DNA from: a virus
Length of the DNA stretch: 64,000 nucleotides
Direction: 5' to 3' (one strand)
IMG/VR virus record: IMGVR_UViG_3300012204_000007
Span: 56,831-120,830 of that record
The translations under genes and the position numbers were made by a program. Shown in pieces: positions 16,561-26,100 of the stretch (its first letter is position 1; every line of letters starts with the position of its first letter). The notes under the pieces were generated by a model. It had not been told where the DNA came from. It saw nothing but the letters and a program-made list of their open reading frames with translations, and did no database searches.

Positions 16561-18693
16561 ATGGCTATTGCACAGCGCGGTTCAACAACGACCGCCACGG
16601 GCACATCGACCGCGCCCGCTGCTGCCAAGCCGACTGGCACTATCTCCACCGATATCGTTATTTTCACTGTCGCCGCAGCGGGCGGCGGAACCTTCACGCC
16701 ACCGACTGGCTACACGTCGCTGTACGACACATCGGCTACAGTCACCAACCCCAAATTGCACGTCTGTTATCGAGTGTGTGACGGAGGGGCGAACGACACG
16801 CCATCTGGTGCCACCCTCACTACGTCTGTCGCGTGGAGTGCGCAGGCAACGGCGTTCTCAGGTGTCGACAACACTACTCCGTGGGAAACTGCGGTCTCGG
16901 CAATTGAGTATTCAGCGACTACGACTGCATGTATTGCTCCCAACGTTCCTGCGGGAGCAACCGGTAGATGGATTGTTGGCGGGGCGTCAGGAAATAGTTC
17001 GACAACAACATGGACTCCACCGACTAGCCCGAGCACATGGTCTGAGTTGTACGACCCAGGAGCAGGCAAGTCGCACACATTTGCTGTTCTTGCATCCAGT
17101 AGCGCTGCAACATCACCGACGTTTACGCAATCCGCTGCCAGAGCAGCGGCAGCATGGTCTGGTTCCCTATTGCCTGACGCTGGTGGCACTGTATCTAAGT
17201 CTGCATCCGATACATCAAGCATAACTATTACTGAGTCTAAATCACTAGACTCATCATCTACTAGTGCAGATACCGCTTCAATAGCGATATCTGATACATC
17301 GCAGTCACAAAGCACTTTGTCAGCGGCCGACACTGCTTCAGTAGCAGTCACAGATTCTTCATCGGTAGGCATTATAACTGATAAATCCGCTAATGATACA
17401 TCATCAATAGCAATAGCAGACTCTTCGGCGGTAGCCATACTAAATGTATTGTCTGCATCCGATACATCATCCATTAGTATTGCAGAAGCCAAGACATTAG
17501 CGTCGTCTAGCACGAGCACAGACACTGGCTCCTTGTCAATATCAGAATCATCAAGTGTATTTGTTGCTATCTCAGCCAGCGATACTAGTTCCATTTCTAT
17601 TGCAGAGTCTACTGATATTCAAACGGTCCTGTCAGCGAGCGATACAGCATCTTTATCTATTGCTGATACGTCATCGCCCGATGTTCTATTGTCTAGAACA
17701 GATACAGCCAGCGTCTCAATTGCTGAGTCTAACTCGATACTTACGACAATCTCTGTATCAGATTCGTTCGCCGTATCTATTGCCGAGGCAAAGTCGCTAG
17801 CAGGCTCAAGCACAAGCACAGATACAGCCTCTGTGTCTGTCTCTGAGACCGCTGCAATTACAGTGGCACTATCTGCCGCCGACACCAGCGCGATTACTGT
17901 GAGCGAAACCTCATCGGTCTCAGGCACCATGTCCGCCACAGACACAGCATCGATTGCGATTGCGGATGCCTCTGCTACTGCAATACCTCTATCAGCCACA
18001 GACACCAGTGCAATATCTATTGCCGAGACCACAGACACTGTTGTTGGCGGCGTGACTGATAAGGCTGGGACAGATACAGCATCGATTGCAGTTTCTGAGA
18101 CTACAAATGTAGTACAAATATTGTCCGCATCTGATACTAATGGGTTGCATGTCGATGAGACGGCGGCGGTAGTATCAACATCTGCAAGAACAGAATCCGC
18201 AGCAATATCAATTACTGAGTCTGTTGCGGTTCTAGTAACACTATCAGCAAGCGATACGTCTAGCATTGCTATATCAGAGTCAGCAACACAGACTATTCTT
18301 ACATCTAAGTCTGCTGTAGATATGGCATCAGTCTCTATCAACGAGGCCGTGGGAGTTACAGGAACCGTTTCTGCTTCTGATACCGGAGCAATCGCTGTAT
18401 CAGAAAATACTGAATCATTTGTTCAGAGCGGTTCTCAAGACACCTCTGCAATCTCTATATCAGAGCAGTCGAGCGTAGTAGATATTGATGCTCTCCCACA
18501 CGATGTTTTTGCATCTGATGAGAGTTCTATCAGTATCTCAGAGTTTAGAAAGTTGAATAACCTGAACGCTCCGGAGACAGAAGTACATATTGAAACCACT
18601 TCCGGTTCAAGTTCTGGTAGGTTTGCATCAAATACTGAAAGTGCTATAATGAGTCATATAGAAACTTCTATAAATACTAATGTTAGGTTGTAG
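16561..18693 (+). CDS. Ser/Thr-rich repeat virion protein (globular N-terminal domain plus about 22 repeats of 20 aa)
   Basis: Repeats of SASDTSSISIAE-x8; lies within the head/neck module; AAGGAG SD. Confidence 0.8.
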   Translation: MAIAQRGSTTTATGTSTAPAAAKPTGTISTDIVIFTVAAAGGGTFTPPTGYTSLYDTSATVTNPKLHVCYRVCDGGANDTPSGATLTTSVAWSAQATAFSGVDNTTPWETAVSAIEYSATTTACIAPNVPAGATGRWIVGGASGNSSTTTWTPPTSPSTWSELYDPGAGKSHTFAVLASSSAATSPTFTQSAARAAAAWSGSLLPDAGGTVSKSASDTSSITITESKSLDSSSTSADTASIAISDTSQSQSTLSAADTASVAVTDSSSVGIITDKSANDTSSIAIADSSAVAILNVLSASDTSSISIAEAKTLASSSTSTDTGSLSISESSSVFVAISASDTSSISIAESTDIQTVLSASDTASLSIADTSSPDVLLSRTDTASVSIAESNSILTTISVSDSFAVSIAEAKSLAGSSTSTDTASVSVSETAAITVALSAADTSAITVSETSSVSGTMSATDTASIAIADASATAIPLSATDTSAISIAETTDTVVGGVTDKAGTDTASIAVSETTNVVQILSASDTNGLHVDETAAVVSTSARTESAAISITESVAVLVTLSASDTSSIAISESATQTILTSKSAVDMASVSINEAVGVTGTVSASDTGAIAVSENTESFVQSGSQDTSAISISEQSSVVDIDALPHDVFASDESSISISEFRKLNNLNAPETEVHIETTSGSSSGRFASNTESAIMSHIETSINTNVRL

Positions 18694-18718
18694 GGCACCG
18701 ACTAGGTGCCGGTAGACA

Positions 18719-19684
18719 TTGAGCGAGATTAATATTGGAACCAGCCAGTTCGTATATCTTGATTTGTACGGCGGTACTGCCGACACGCTTCCAACCGCGA
18801 CGGTAACGAATGACCTTGGTGTATCTAGGTCATTGGTAGTTATACAGGACACCTTGGTCGGCACAATGACAGACCGCTATCGCGCAACCCTGAATATGGC
18901 TGACACCCAAAGAGAAGGCGAACTTCAAGTAGATTGGTCATTGACGGTAGATACCGTTCCGGTAACCAAGACTGACTATTTTGAAGTTATTACACCCTAT
19001 CTTACATATGGCGAAGTCAAGGAAATTTGGCCTAATGCTACTGATGCTGAAATAGCAGAGGTCGAGGCGGCGGTACGATTCGTTATTAATGCTCATACCG
19101 GCCAGACGTTCGGTTTTGCATCTAATAAGACCATTGTTGTTGAGGGGCACGGAGATAACTCTCTGCGTCTCCCATCTAGACTAGTAACATTGACAGGATG
19201 GTCGACACTTACAGCCAACCTTGACCCTAATGCCGTAATCATTGTAAGCGATGGATGGTATCTGAAAAAGGCTTGGGCAGACGAGTTATCCCAAATTACT
19301 AGTACATCAACCTATTGGACCGGATGGGATTCAGTTAATAGTGCTGCTCCTGGTGAGCCTGGATATGAGAAACCAAGCCATGGTCCAGTTATATCAGCAC
19401 CGGGAACTAGCGGTATATCCACACCCTGGCGTGCTGGTTATCCATTTACTATTGTTGGAGACTGGGGATATAAGACAGTACCAAATGTAGTTAGAGCAGC
19501 GGCTCGCCTATTGGTTAATGATTATGCATGTCAAGAGATTGCATATCGAGATAGATACCTAGAATCGGTTAAAGCCGCCGATTGGAGACTACAGTTCTCT
19601 TCCCGAGCATGGGAATACACCGGCAACGTTAGGGCAGACCAACTTCTATCTGAATTTGTATTGCTAGATTGGGCGGTAATCTAA
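18719..19684 (+). CDS. head-to-tail adaptor with extra N-terminal beta domain
   Basis: INAHTGQTF, GDWGYKTVPNVVRAAARLL, TGNVRADQLL; position after the capsid genes. Confidence 0.75.
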   Translation: MSEINIGTSQFVYLDLYGGTADTLPTATVTNDLGVSRSLVVIQDTLVGTMTDRYRATLNMADTQREGELQVDWSLTVDTVPVTKTDYFEVITPYLTYGEVKEIWPNATDAEIAEVEAAVRFVINAHTGQTFGFASNKTIVVEGHGDNSLRLPSRLVTLTGWSTLTANLDPNAVIIVSDGWYLKKAWADELSQITSTSTYWTGWDSVNSAAPGEPGYEKPSHGPVISAPGTSGISTPWRAGYPFTIVGDWGYKTVPNVVRAAARLLVNDYACQEIAYRDRYLESVKAADWRLQFSSRAWEYTGNVRADQLLSEFVLLDWAVI

Positions 19685-19685
19685 A

Positions 19686-20183
19686 ATGGTAGTATGCCTG
19701 ACAAGTATCCGTTTCAATATGAAGGCTGATATTCTTAGACAGTCTGTGGAAACAGAAGTATCACCGGGACAATGGATTTTAACATCGGACCCAGACTCTA
19801 ATGAAATCATTAGGGAATGGCAGTCTGGAACTACAGACCAGGGAACTCCTTCGAACATCACAGACGACCTAGAGTCATTTTCATGCATCGCTCGCAGCGT
19901 TGTTGGCAATGGTGCGCGTATCGCTGGCACGACCGAGCGTTTTGGCGAACTATACGAAGGTGTAGATTATGTATTAATTACATTCTCATCTAGTGTGAAA
20001 ATTAGTCGTAGAGACAGAATCACGAATATTAGAGATACCGCCGGTAATATTATTTGGAGAGAAGAAGAGCGTGTAGATGATGCCCCAACTGTATTCAATG
20101 TAAATGGTGTTAATCCTATCATCAGTCCTTTCGGTAAGCATATTGAGTCAATGGCACTTCTACAGAGGATAGAGGGACAGTAA
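19686..20183 (+). CDS. head-tail stopper/closure protein
   Basis: Synteny; ISRRDRITNIRD and VFNVNGV motifs. Confidence 0.6.
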   Translation: MVVCLTSIRFNMKADILRQSVETEVSPGQWILTSDPDSNEIIREWQSGTTDQGTPSNITDDLESFSCIARSVVGNGARIAGTTERFGELYEGVDYVLITFSSSVKISRRDRITNIRDTAGNIIWREEERVDDAPTVFNVNGVNPIISPFGKHIESMALLQRIEGQ

Positions 20184-21013
20184 TGTTTAATGTTAGCGCA
20201 GACCTATCTCCAATTGGCAATACTATTGCCGCTGTTCATGGCACATTGAACGCTGTAGAGGGCCAGCGGTTCAAGGGGCGTTTTGTCAACTCCACCATGA
20301 ACAGCCTTCGCAAGAAGTTCATGGCTGATGCTATCGCTGCCAATATCTCTGGTGCTGCCAGCCTACAGCATGTCTTTGAATGGCCAGACCAAGATGCTCG
20401 TGGTATTTCTACTGGTAGGCCAAGCAGCGTTCCACTTTTTATATTAACCAAGCAGGGCAGAGGCGGTAACAAGTCGTTATCATTTAGTTTCCTTCCATCA
20501 GAGAAACAAGTGCCTCTTCCCAATCCGGCCAGGTATGGATTCAAAGAGGAGAAACTTGCATTCATGCATCGCCATGTATTTCGCATGAAGGCACTAGTTA
20601 TGGAAACTCAGAGTAACGTACAAATTGCTCCGCGAAATGCAAACAAGTTGTTCATTCCTACGGCTGACAACAAGTATGGTTATGTAATGACTAAAAAGAG
20701 CACTCTGATTAATCCTGGCGGATTGCAGTCTACTGGTGGATTCTCAAAGTTCTGGACAGCGTGGTTCGAGACAAGAGCCCAAGAGATTCTTAATGAAAAG
20801 AGCGCAAAGGCTGCTAGCGTAATCGCAAAGACAGGTCAGAAGGTTGTTAGATATATGGCCGGTACAAAAATCGGTGGAGTAAGCGTCGGCGGTAGGTTCG
20901 CCAGCGGTAAAGGCGTAAGTATTGCATATATTAAAGCAGAAACACGTAGAGCAGAGATGCTTGCAGAAGCAGAACTATTTGCCTATTATCCTGATGAAGA
21001 CTGGGGGAACTAA
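20183..21013 (+). CDS. neck/tail-completion protein (putative)
   Basis: Basic 276-aa ORF in the neck position. Confidence 0.5.
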   Translation: MFNVSADLSPIGNTIAAVHGTLNAVEGQRFKGRFVNSTMNSLRKKFMADAIAANISGAASLQHVFEWPDQDARGISTGRPSSVPLFILTKQGRGGNKSLSFSFLPSEKQVPLPNPARYGFKEEKLAFMHRHVFRMKALVMETQSNVQIAPRNANKLFIPTADNKYGYVMTKKSTLINPGGLQSTGGFSKFWTAWFETRAQEILNEKSAKAASVIAKTGQKVVRYMAGTKIGGVSVGGRFASGKGVSIAYIKAETRRAEMLAEAELFAYYPDEDWGN

Positions 21014-21015
21014 TA

Positions 21016-21531
21016 ATGGTATATGAAGACACTAACGCGGTATACGCATTGAACTCATATGTTTGGAAACTTCTAGAGGCTAACCTTGAGTGGGTAAAGT
21101 ACCAGGGCATTCCTCCAATTATTCCTATTGCTCAGCAACCAGAATTCTTACAGTCTGCGAAGGCTTTCCTTATATATGGTAGTGCAAGGCACCCCTCAGA
21201 CCATCTATATGCTTTGGTGACGGAAAGCATTTCATACACTATCTATGCTACTACATCAACAGAAGTCAACAAAATAGCGAATCTGTTAGCAGATACTTTC
21301 GCTAGACAGGACGAAGCCGCAGCAGATGTGAACGAGTGGCTAGGTGTTGAAGCCATAGGACTAAGCAAGACGCGCGGTATATCATTTGGTACTGTTCGTT
21401 CCGTGATGGTAGAAAAGGCAACACCAGCAGATGAAGAGGGCGGGTACGTCTCTGGGCTGGTCATGTTAGAGGCTAAATATGTTGAAGATAATGACACAAT
21501 CCAGACTTCTGGATTCACATATACGGTATAA
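21016..21531 (+). CDS. tail terminator protein (putative)
   Basis: Directly precedes the major tail gene; size fits. Confidence 0.55.
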   Translation: MVYEDTNAVYALNSYVWKLLEANLEWVKYQGIPPIIPIAQQPEFLQSAKAFLIYGSARHPSDHLYALVTESISYTIYATTSTEVNKIANLLADTFARQDEAAADVNEWLGVEAIGLSKTRGISFGTVRSVMVEKATPADEEGGYVSGLVMLEAKYVEDNDTIQTSGFTYTV

Positions 21532-21617
21532 CAATTTTGCATTAGAATGTCAATGATGATAGTATGATTTTGAGGAAGTGCTAAATAAAATCATTACGGG
21601 AAGAGGTGACAAATTAA

Positions 21618-22286
21618 ATGGCAAACACACCAGCAGTTAATACACAGAATATCTTGGTTGGTGCTGCGTCTCTATACATTGCTAACGCTGGCGTAGTAGA
21701 CCCAACACTTAAGCCTGCATTCGCTGTAGCATCTTATCGTACTACTCTAGAGGCAACTCCATGGGTCCCAGCATCTACCGATGCTTCTAGCGCAGCCGCA
21801 TGGCAGGGCGTGGGATTCACACAGGAAGGCCTAGAGGTTTCATACGAGCCAAGTTATGGCGACGTTGAGGTTGACCAGTTACTAGACTCTGCTCTAGTTT
21901 TCAAGCAGAGCATGAAGGTTTCCCTAAATACCACATTGGCTGAGGCAACTCTATACAACCTAATGTTGGCATGGGGTCAGGCGGCTTCGACTTTGACTTC
22001 AACTGCATCTGATGCAGAACTAGACGTTCAGGGAGGTTCTTTGGGTGACGCTCCTATCGAGCGTGCATTCATCGCGGTCGGCAACGGCTCATACCTACGT
22101 AGTGGTCAGACCAACGTTTCACAATACGGTGAGCGTGTATATCACGTGTATCGTACTCTTAACGTGGAGGCTTCAACACACTCTATGAAGAGGAACGAAA
22201 GCACCGGTATTCCTGTTTCCTTCCGTGCGCTTCCGGCTTCGACTGGCTCGTACGGCAAGATTAAGGACCGTAAGAGGACTTGGTAA
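21618..22286 (+). CDS. major tail (tube) protein
   Basis: NILVGAASLY, VGFTQEGLEVSYEP, VDQLLD, LAEATLYNL. Confidence 0.88.
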   Translation: MANTPAVNTQNILVGAASLYIANAGVVDPTLKPAFAVASYRTTLEATPWVPASTDASSAAAWQGVGFTQEGLEVSYEPSYGDVEVDQLLDSALVFKQSMKVSLNTTLAEATLYNLMLAWGQAASTLTSTASDAELDVQGGSLGDAPIERAFIAVGNGSYLRSGQTNVSQYGERVYHVYRTLNVEASTHSMKRNESTGIPVSFRALPASTGSYGKIKDRKRTW

Positions 22287-22317
22287 TCATCAGGTAATCC
22301 CTAGGAATTATACAGAT

Positions 22318-22350
22318 AGGCCCCGGTACGAAAGTGTCGGGGCCTTACTG
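22318..22350 (+). terminator. terminator hairpin after the major tail gene
   Basis: AGGCCCCGGTAC-GAAA-GTGTCGGGGCCT. Confidence 0.8.
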
Positions 22351-22415
22351 TTGCTTAAAACTTGCGCTTTAATGGACTAACCTATATAATTACATTAAGA
22401 CAAACAGGAGGAACA

Positions 22416-22847
22416 TTGGCAACAGAAGTATACACCGTAGAGACCGTCATATTGCTGGACGATACGGAAGTAGAGTTAAGACCCCTTCCCATCGCTAAGT
22501 TGAGGAAGTTCACAAGATTGTGGTCAGACCATTTGAGTATGGTAAGAAAAGCCTTCGCGGCGGTAGAAGAGACAGAAGAGGAAGATGGCAAAGACAAGCC
22601 AGATGAAGACTTCTTGAATAATAAGATTACAGATGCACAGTTTGATGTTTTCATCAAGATGTGTGCGCTTGGGCTTGAGTCTCAGTTGAAGGGCGAGAAG
22701 ACTGAGAAGCAGTTTCTTTCACATCTAGAAGATATTCTTGACGAGCACACAATTTACCGTATTCTAGAACGTACTGGTGGATTGAATATGAGTGATAGCA
22801 TCCCAAATCAGAAGCCCCCAGTGAATCCGGGGGCTGGGACAATCTAG
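22416..22847 (+). CDS. tail assembly chaperone (short form)
   Basis: Between tail tube and tape measure; TTG start after AGGAGG; TTGCGC-17-TATAAT promoter. Confidence 0.85.
   Translation: MATEVYTVETVILLDDTEVELRPLPIAKLRKFTRLWSDHLSMVRKAFAAVEETEEEDGKDKPDEDFLNNKITDAQFDVFIKMCALGLESQLKGEKTEKQFLSHLEDILDEHTIYRILERTGGLNMSDSIPNQKPPVNPGAGTI
22802..22835 (+). other. programmed -1 frameshift signal
   Basis: In-frame C CCA AAT heptamer (22802-22808), then stem AGCCCCC / GGGGGCT. Confidence 0.85.
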
Positions 22848-23143
22848 ACCTTGCAGCCTTGCTAGCGGATGCATTTCCGTTAGGAAACTGGAAGAGCATT
22901 AAAGAGATGGAAGACGTACTAACAATAGAAGAACTTTATCTCTTGATTGAAGCACAGAACCGCGCAGAAGACAAAAGAAGACAGTTCGATGCAGCCATCC
23001 AAGGTATCGACATAAATGAGGGCAAGACAGACGAGAGTTTTGAAGCCATCAAGATGAAAGCAGAAGCCGCACTGGCTGGAAAGGATGAAGAAAAATACGC
23101 CTTCGATTTGATTGGAATTGAAATCGATAGCGATGATGACTAA
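22802..23143 (+). CDS. tail assembly chaperone, -1 frame extension (long form)
   Basis: The -1 frame is open from the heptamer (PKSEAPSESGGWDNLDLAALLADAFPLGNWK...) to TAA at 23143. Confidence 0.82.
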   Translation, partial: PKSEAPSESGGWDNLDLAALLADAFPLGNWKSIKEMEDVLTIEELYLLIEAQNRAEDKRRQFDAAIQGIDINEGKTDESFEAIKMKAEAALAGKDEEKYAFDLIGIEIDSDDD

Positions 23144-23145
23144 CT

Positions 23146-26100
23146 ATGCAAAATGTTGACATTCGATTTAGAGCATCGAGCAGTTTCTCCAAAGTACAGG
23201 CTGACCTAGCCGCCCTAGAGGCGCAGGCAGCCTCGCTTGGTGCTGTATTCGATAGGAACGCTAGAGTCAGAGCGCCAGCATTAGTAGACCCTCAATCATG
23301 GCAGCGCGCCACGACAGCCATTGATAGAGCCAGCAACGCATATCGTAATGCTATCTCATCTAGCGGTGTAATGACCACCCAGCAGATTCGTGCTACTTCT
23401 GAGACAGAACGCTATACAAAGGCGCTACAGAGTCAGAAACTATCCATGCAGGATATGTGGAAGCATCGCGGTATTATGAAAGAGGTCTACCGCGACCAGT
23501 TGCGCTATCAGCGTATGACTGCTCAGTATTGGGGCACAGATGTGCAGGGCCGTGCCATTACCGATATCGCTGTTCCTAAGAGTGTGCCTAAAGACCTTGA
23601 TACCATGCGTCGTAAATTGGGTATGTTCGGCAACGTCGTATCCAGCGCGAGCACCCAGGTAATTAACCTAGGTAAGAACATGCAGTGGGCCGGTAGACAG
23701 TTGACTGTTGGTTTCACATATCCCATGGTTCTGTTCGGCGCCGCCGCCGGTATGATGGCATATAAGGTTGAAGACTCTTTTGGTCAGATTAACAAAGTAT
23801 ATGACTATTCATCAGCAGCACTTAGAAACCAGAACGTTCTACTTAATGAACAAACCGCTCTGAGAGAAAAGTCAATGGCCATGGCAGAGACCATTGCTAA
23901 GCGCTATGGTCTGACGGTAGAGAAGACATTGGCTGTAGAGCAGGAACTTGCCGCGACCGGTCTAAAGAACCAGCAACTATTGGCTGCAACGGCAGAGGTT
24001 CAAAGAATCTCTGCTATTGGTGATATTGACCCAAGTCAAACCACCAAGATGATTATTGCATTGCAGACTGCATTCAAACTTAAGGGACAAGAACTTACAG
24101 ACACACTAAACTTTATGAACGCCGCATCTAACGCGACTTCTTTGAGCCTACAAGACATTGCCGAAGCAACACCGCGAGCAGCATCTGGTTTGGCTCAATT
24201 GGGTGTTAATGCACAACAAATGACAATCATGCTTGTCTCTATGCGTGAGGCTGGTGTTGATGCTGCACAGGGCGCTAACGCTCTAAAGTCAGCAACCACA
24301 CGTATCTTGAATCCAGCCATTGTGCAGAAAGCAACTGATGCATATAAAAAGTTTGGTGCTAGCATCGATGTTCAAAAAATTGTTGATAGGTCAAAGGGGA
24401 ATCTATTCGACTTCCTAAAAATACTGGGTCAGGCTGTAAATGCTCAAAAGGATTTGAACCAACAGCAGAAGGCTACGGCTATTGCTGCGCTCTTCGGTAC
24501 TTACCAGTTCAACCGTTTGAATGCGGCTCTTGTTGACATTGGTGATGCTTATAGTGGCGTTAACAACCAGTCTGCCAAGGCAATCGCATTGCAGAAGGAG
24601 TCAAGTGAATCGCTTGCGCACATGGCTGAGGTTTCTGAAAAGGCTATGACCGAGACACCGGCAGCCAGACTACGCAAGGCGTGGGCCGGTCTTCAAATTG
24701 AGTTGGCCGAACTAGGCAAGCCATTCCTAGCAGCAGGAGCAAGAATTCTAGAGGCTGCTTCAAAGTTCGCTGGATTCTTTAATCAAATGTCTGGATGGCA
24801 GAAGAAAGTCGCACTGGGCATTGCGGCGGTAATGGCTCTTGCTGGTCCAATAATCATGCTTGGTGGTCTATTCCTCAACTTGGCAGGACAGTTTGGTAAG
24901 GGTATTGGCGCAATTGCTAAGTTCATCGGTATCTCTAAGTTGTTTACCAAAGAAGAGAAAGCAGCAATTCTGACAGCAGAGGCGCAAAATGCTGCCATGC
25001 AAAAACAAGAATCTGTCACTGTGACCCTTGCAGAAGAAATTAAGATTCTGTCTGCTGCATACGAGCAGGCAACGTTGTCAATGCGTGAGTTTGCCGAGAT
25101 GCAAGGAATCACTGCAACGCGCACAGCAGCGACTACAGGTTTTATTGGCCCGCAGACACAAACAATCGCCGGTCGCCAATTGTCATCTCAAGAGCAAAGT
25201 TACTATGCAGCCACTTCATCTAGAAGCACCGTTGGACGTGGCGGTTCAATTTCTAATGAAAACCGCTTGATGATGGCTCGTAACAGATTAGCATATGACT
25301 ATATGCGCGCAAACAATCAAGTTGCCCGTGATGCCAGCGTAACTGAAAGACGCATAGCAAATGAGGCTCGAATTCGACAAGGCATGTCTAGAACAATTAG
25401 CGGCCAGAATATAATGATGGGCGCTATGGCTGTCTCAGCGGGTGCAATGATGATATCAGAGAATCAGACAGTTGACTCTATAGCCAAATGGACAATGATT
25501 GGTGCATTGGTTGTTCCGGCATTGATGGGCGCTGCTAAGTGGATGTCCGCAATCGCAGTGTCTGCAAGAGCCGCAGCGGCGGCTCAGTTGGTTAGTATGC
25601 GTGCTATGGCTGGTGGGTCAGCAGTATCAGCGCTTGGTACAGCAATGTCTGCTGCTAGGGCTGGTGCGATAGGTTTCGGGGCTGCACTTAATGCTGCTCT
25701 TGGGCCTATTGGCTGGATTGCTCTTGGTTTGACCGCTGTAGTTGGAACATTTATGGTTATTAAAGACCACAACGACAAGATTAAAGAGCAACAGGAAGAA
25801 CTTCTAAAAAAGCAGATTGCTGCTAATGAAGCAATTAGAACTTCAACCGCATCTATTGCTACGAATATGGGTAAGGCTGCTGGTTCATACCAGCAAATGG
25901 CTAATATTGGTGGTGCTTCTAGTGGTGTGACTGGACCACAGTCTCAGTTGCTACAGTCATATAATTACTATAAGAGTGAAGAGGGTCAAAAGGAAACAGC
26001 GGCACTTCAATCCAATGGTAAGTTAATTGATACTGACCAATTGATGGACAAAGTGCGCACCAAGTTCATTGACCTACAGGTGCTTGGTTCTGATACCGCA

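Noticed and set aside
16568-18341. Long alternative-frame and antisense ORFs (218, 275, 240 aa) over the repeat gene
   Set aside because: Explained by low-complexity Ser/Thr/Ala codons that lack stops in other frames; no RBS or recognisable motifs.
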